NCBI RefSeq assembly: GCF_021028975.2
Contig: NC_059430.1
Coordinates: forward strand, 109,120,001-109,184,000
Direction of reading: 5' to 3'
Length of the DNA stretch: 64,000 nucleotides
Source: Sphaerodactylus townsendi
Lineage: Eukaryota
The notes under the pieces are model-generated. The model saw nothing but the letters and a program-made list of their open reading frames with translations, ran no database searches and was not told the DNA's origin. The position numbers and the translations under genes were made by a program. Of the stretch, positions 60,371 through 64,000 are shown one piece after another. Within the stretch, counting starts at the first letter, position 1. Each line of letters opens with the position of its first letter.

Positions 60371-60600
60371 CGCGGCGGCAAAGAGACGGAAAACGGTGGC
60401 CGGAAGTACTCCGGATGGACGGAAGTTGCGCTATAAAATACCGCCCGGAGAGATAGTTCTGATTCCGGCAGCGCGGAGGGTAGGAAAGCAGCCGATGGGA
60501 CCAATCACGACAGCGCCCCTGGCGGTCCACGGCGGGAAAGCCTATCTCTGGAGCCGAGTCGTGGGAGGGCTGTTTGCTCTTGCAAGGGATACAGCCGCGT
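60371..60600 (-). promoter_or_regulatory. SF3A3: SF3A3 CpG-island promoter
   Basis: CpG-rich; CCGGAAGT ETS motif at 60400-60407; CCAAT at 60501-60505. Confidence 0.7.
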
Positions 60601-60921
60601 GGTGTCTTTTCACGAGGTTATTCCCTTAGGGTGGAAAGGGGAGTTTTGCCTGTTTCCCTGGTGCAGCATCGTGGTCTGTCTCCTGGGCTTTTCTCTTAAC
60701 CTGCATTTTGCAATGCTTGGAGAAAGATCATAGCAAAGCCTGGATGGTTGTGTTGTATGGGTGGGGAAGTTTGGATTTTCCTGGTCCTGCCTCTACAGAA
60801 GCTGTTTTACTTGCGGCTGATTATGTCTTTGCTTAGTCTGTGTGAGAGGAGCTGTTTGGGGGCAATTGAATATCATTCAGCAATTGCGTTCGGATCCATA
60901 ACGAGATAGCTGGAAGTTACC

Positions 60922-60991
<70 letters not shown>
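60922..60991. repeat. (GATA)n microsatellite
   Basis: About 17 perfect units, about 550 bp upstream of the SF3A3 ATG. Confidence 0.97.
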
Positions 60992-62335
60992 TTGTGTGTT
61001 TTTCTTTTCTTTTACTATTGCTGTGGGGAGGAGGGGAGATTAGATTTGGGTTTTTTCTTTTTTCTTCCCTTTTTCTTGTACATGTGCGTAAAATAAATAA
61101 AAATTTCTCCAATATCATTCAACAATGTTATGTGTATTGGGTTCTCTGGGATCCCAATTTTTAAAAAATACCAGCTCAAGGCATTTTGTCTCAAATGCCC
61201 AGCTTCTAAACACTGGCTCTAAATTTTTCTGGGATGTTTTTTATTCTGAAGCTTGCTCAATATATACGTGTGGCCGTAAAGTTGCTTCTGATTCATGGTG
61301 GCCTCATAAACTGATGACCTCTAAAATGTTCTGTGGTTAACAGCCTCGTTCAGGTCTTGCAAGTGGCTTCCTTGATTGAGTCAAGACATCTCATGTTGGC
61401 ATCTTCCTCTTTTACTGCTGCCTCCAAATTATCCTAGCATTAAGTCTGGTCTTCTCATAATGTGGCCAAAGTATGATGGCTTCAGTTCAGTCATTTCAGT
61501 TTCTTGGGAGAATCCTAAATTAGGATTTAACAGTAAACTTCACTGAATTAACCAGGACTTAAGTATAGTTAATGGCTGTTGAGAATGATCACTATTCTTA
61601 TGTTATACTCCTGAGTTTTACATACAACTCTTTCCCTCCCCCCGCCCCCCATTCACAGTTTTTATTATGGGCGTAACTGTATCTGCTCCATCTAATGAAA
61701 ACAGGCTTTAGCCAGGAAAGCTTCCACTGCAGTAAATCCTTTAATCTTTGAACTGTACAAGATTTCTTTTGGGTTTTACTAACATATGCTTACCTGCCTC
61801 TCAACTTAATGATTGCATAATTTGTGCAAAAATTTCACCAGGGCATAGCCCGGCAGGACATTGCTGCCAGTACTAAGGCTGAGTCCTGGAAGAAAAAAAC
61901 CCTTAAAAGATGGTTTTCCTTCCACACTCAATAACTTAATTTTCTCATATCTTGCATTGCCTTATAAATCTACCCCATTTTTACAACCATGGATCTGGGA
62001 GTGAGCCTCACTGAATCCTGAGGAACTTACTTCTAAGTAAATCAGCATAGGATTGTGCTGTGACTCAGCTGCCTCTCTGGGATGTCTCCCTCCCTCAGAG
62101 CCAGATCTCATGCTTGGTTATGCAGATGTCCGCTAAGTGCAGTGGGTTTACTCCAAAAGTATGCATCAGGTTACAGCCACAGAAAGGCACCTTTTGAAAG
62201 TTTGAGCTGGCTTCCTGCACACCCATTCCCATTCCAGGACATGGAATGGTATTTTTCGTCAGATCTTGGAAGCTAAGCATGGAAGCTAAGATTTTTCGTC
62301 AGATCTTGGAAGCTACTTGGATAGGAGATCATTGA

Positions 62336-62622
62336 GAGCCAGTGTGGTGTAGTGGATAAGAGCAGGTGCACTCTAATCTGGAGAACCAGGTTTGATTCCC
62401 CCCCTCTGCCACTTGAACTGTGGATGCTTATCTGGTGAACCAGATTAGCTTGTGTACTCCAACACATGCCAGCAGGGTGACCTTAGTCACAGTTCTTCAG
62501 AGCCCCACCCACCTCAGGGTGTTTGTTGTGACGGGGGGGGGGGGGGGGGAAAGGAGATTGTAAGCCCCTTTGAGTCTCCTTACAGGAGAGAAAGGGGATA
62601 TAAATCCAAACTCCTCTTCTTC
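62336..62622 (+). mobile_element. tRNA-derived SINE
   Basis: A-box-like tggtgtagtgg head, ...ataaatccaaactcctcttctt tail. Confidence 0.8.
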
Positions 62623-64000
62623 ATTAAAGAAGGCTCTTCAGAGGAAGGTAATGACCAGTTGCCATTGCTTCTTGCTTGCCTTGAAAGCTGTTTTCTGGGG
62701 TAGTCATAGGTCGGTAACAACAGCACTTACGTATGTAGAGTGGACCAGAATTATACTCCATTCTCTATACCAGTTTAGGGATGCAAAACATGTGGATTTT
62801 TGTTTTATCTGAGCATTGGTGTGACTCGTGAGGGTAGGGTATAAATTGAATACAATAAATAATCAATGTAGAATCAGTTAATACACAAAACTCCATTCAA
62901 TGAGGGTAGGAAACAGCTGGGATTTGTCAGGCTAAAAGTATACCAGCAAAAACCGAGGAGATAAAAGCTCTAGTTGCTTGCCTTGCCCCATGTACCAGAC
63001 TGGCCCTTACTCTTCTAAGTCATATTGTCATCGCCTGTCTGTGTCAGAAGTGCTACCCCACCAAACCCTTCTTGCTTCCCTTTGTTCGTTGCCACTGTTT
63101 ACAAAGCCTGCTGATGCACCTGGCCAGGAGGTGGCGCTGCCTAGTCCCCAAGCTTGGTATTGCGAAAAATCTGCACAAGGCAGCCCTGGTTGTAAAGCAG
63201 AATACACTGTGATTGTTCCACCTGAGCTCTCTTTTACCTCCAAGCCTGGTTCTGGAGACTGTGTCTGCCCAGTTAGGTCCAGGAAAAGCAGGATTGAATT
63301 CTATTTCTTTCTTGATAGGCACAAGTGCATCAAATTCCTTGCCTTTAAAGATATTTGCCAGGGTGAAAAACTTCCTTGTTGTTGATTTCCACGTAATATT
63401 GGGGCTAAGGTTGCCCCTGTGCCATTCCTGCCCTAAAAAGTGCCCCAGAGGAGCACAGGGCAAGGCCTGGAACTTTTCCTCTCCCCTCCTCTTCTAAGCC
63501 CGTAGGCACTGGGATTAAGAACATAAGAAAGAGCCTGCTGGATCAGACCAGAGTCCATCTAGTCCAGCACTCTGCTACTTGCAGTGGCCCGCCAGATGCC
63601 TTTGGGAGCTCACATGCAGGTGTGAAAGTAATGGTCTGCTGCTGCTGCTTCCGAGCACCTGGTCTGCTAAGGCATTTGCAATCTCAGGTCAAGGAGGATC
63701 AAGATTGGTAGCCATAGATGGACTTCTCCATAAATCTGTCCAAGCTCCAGGACTCAAAGCCTTCGGTTAGGTATAGTTTTGAGTGGGAAGGATAGGGCAG
63801 CTTTAAGCTACAAGGCTCCCTCCGTCCCCCTTCTGGGTGACAGAGAGGAGAGTGTGGGGTAGGCTCTGGCGCTTGAAGGGCTTGCTTGCCTGGGGACGCT
63901 TTCATCCTGCCGCCCCCCCCCCCCCGGCTTTCTCACTCAGCAGCACTGGGCCCCTTTCCAACTTGGCTGCCTCACCCAACGGCGCTTCTGGTTCCGCCCC

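Noticed and set aside
62978-63497. Overlapping ~135-aa ORFs on both strands
   Set aside because: No recognisable domain, start context or exon structure

Overview
Vertebrate genomic DNA, most likely a squamate (gecko-like, judged from the SINE/MITE content). Four multi-exon genes lie head-to-tail on the minus strand, right to left: SF3A3 (complete, 17 exons, 501 aa), an unnamed gene with 7 coding exons for a 260-aa secreted/GPI-anchored protein with two tandem 12-cysteine Ly6/uPAR-like domains and a Thr/Pro linker, INPP5B (22 coding exons, 857 aa, two U12-type introns including one AT-AC) and MTF1 (exons 1-8, cut by the window's left edge). Exons were reconstructed by hand from splice signals and reading phase, and each complete CDS sums to a multiple of 3. 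Most interesting: the unnamed double 12-Cys gene between INPP5B and SF3A3; an INPP5B with an Arg->Gln change in the GDLNYR motif and no CaaX box; and candidate regulatory structure in MTF1 (strong spliced uORF, AG|GTAAG acceptor, intronic MRE cluster, 50-bp hairpin, direct repeat flanking exons 1-2). Introns are rich in hAT MITEs, SINEs and LINE fragments, and there is one 208-N assembly gap. Comparisons with human proteins and exon sizes are from memory, not from a search.
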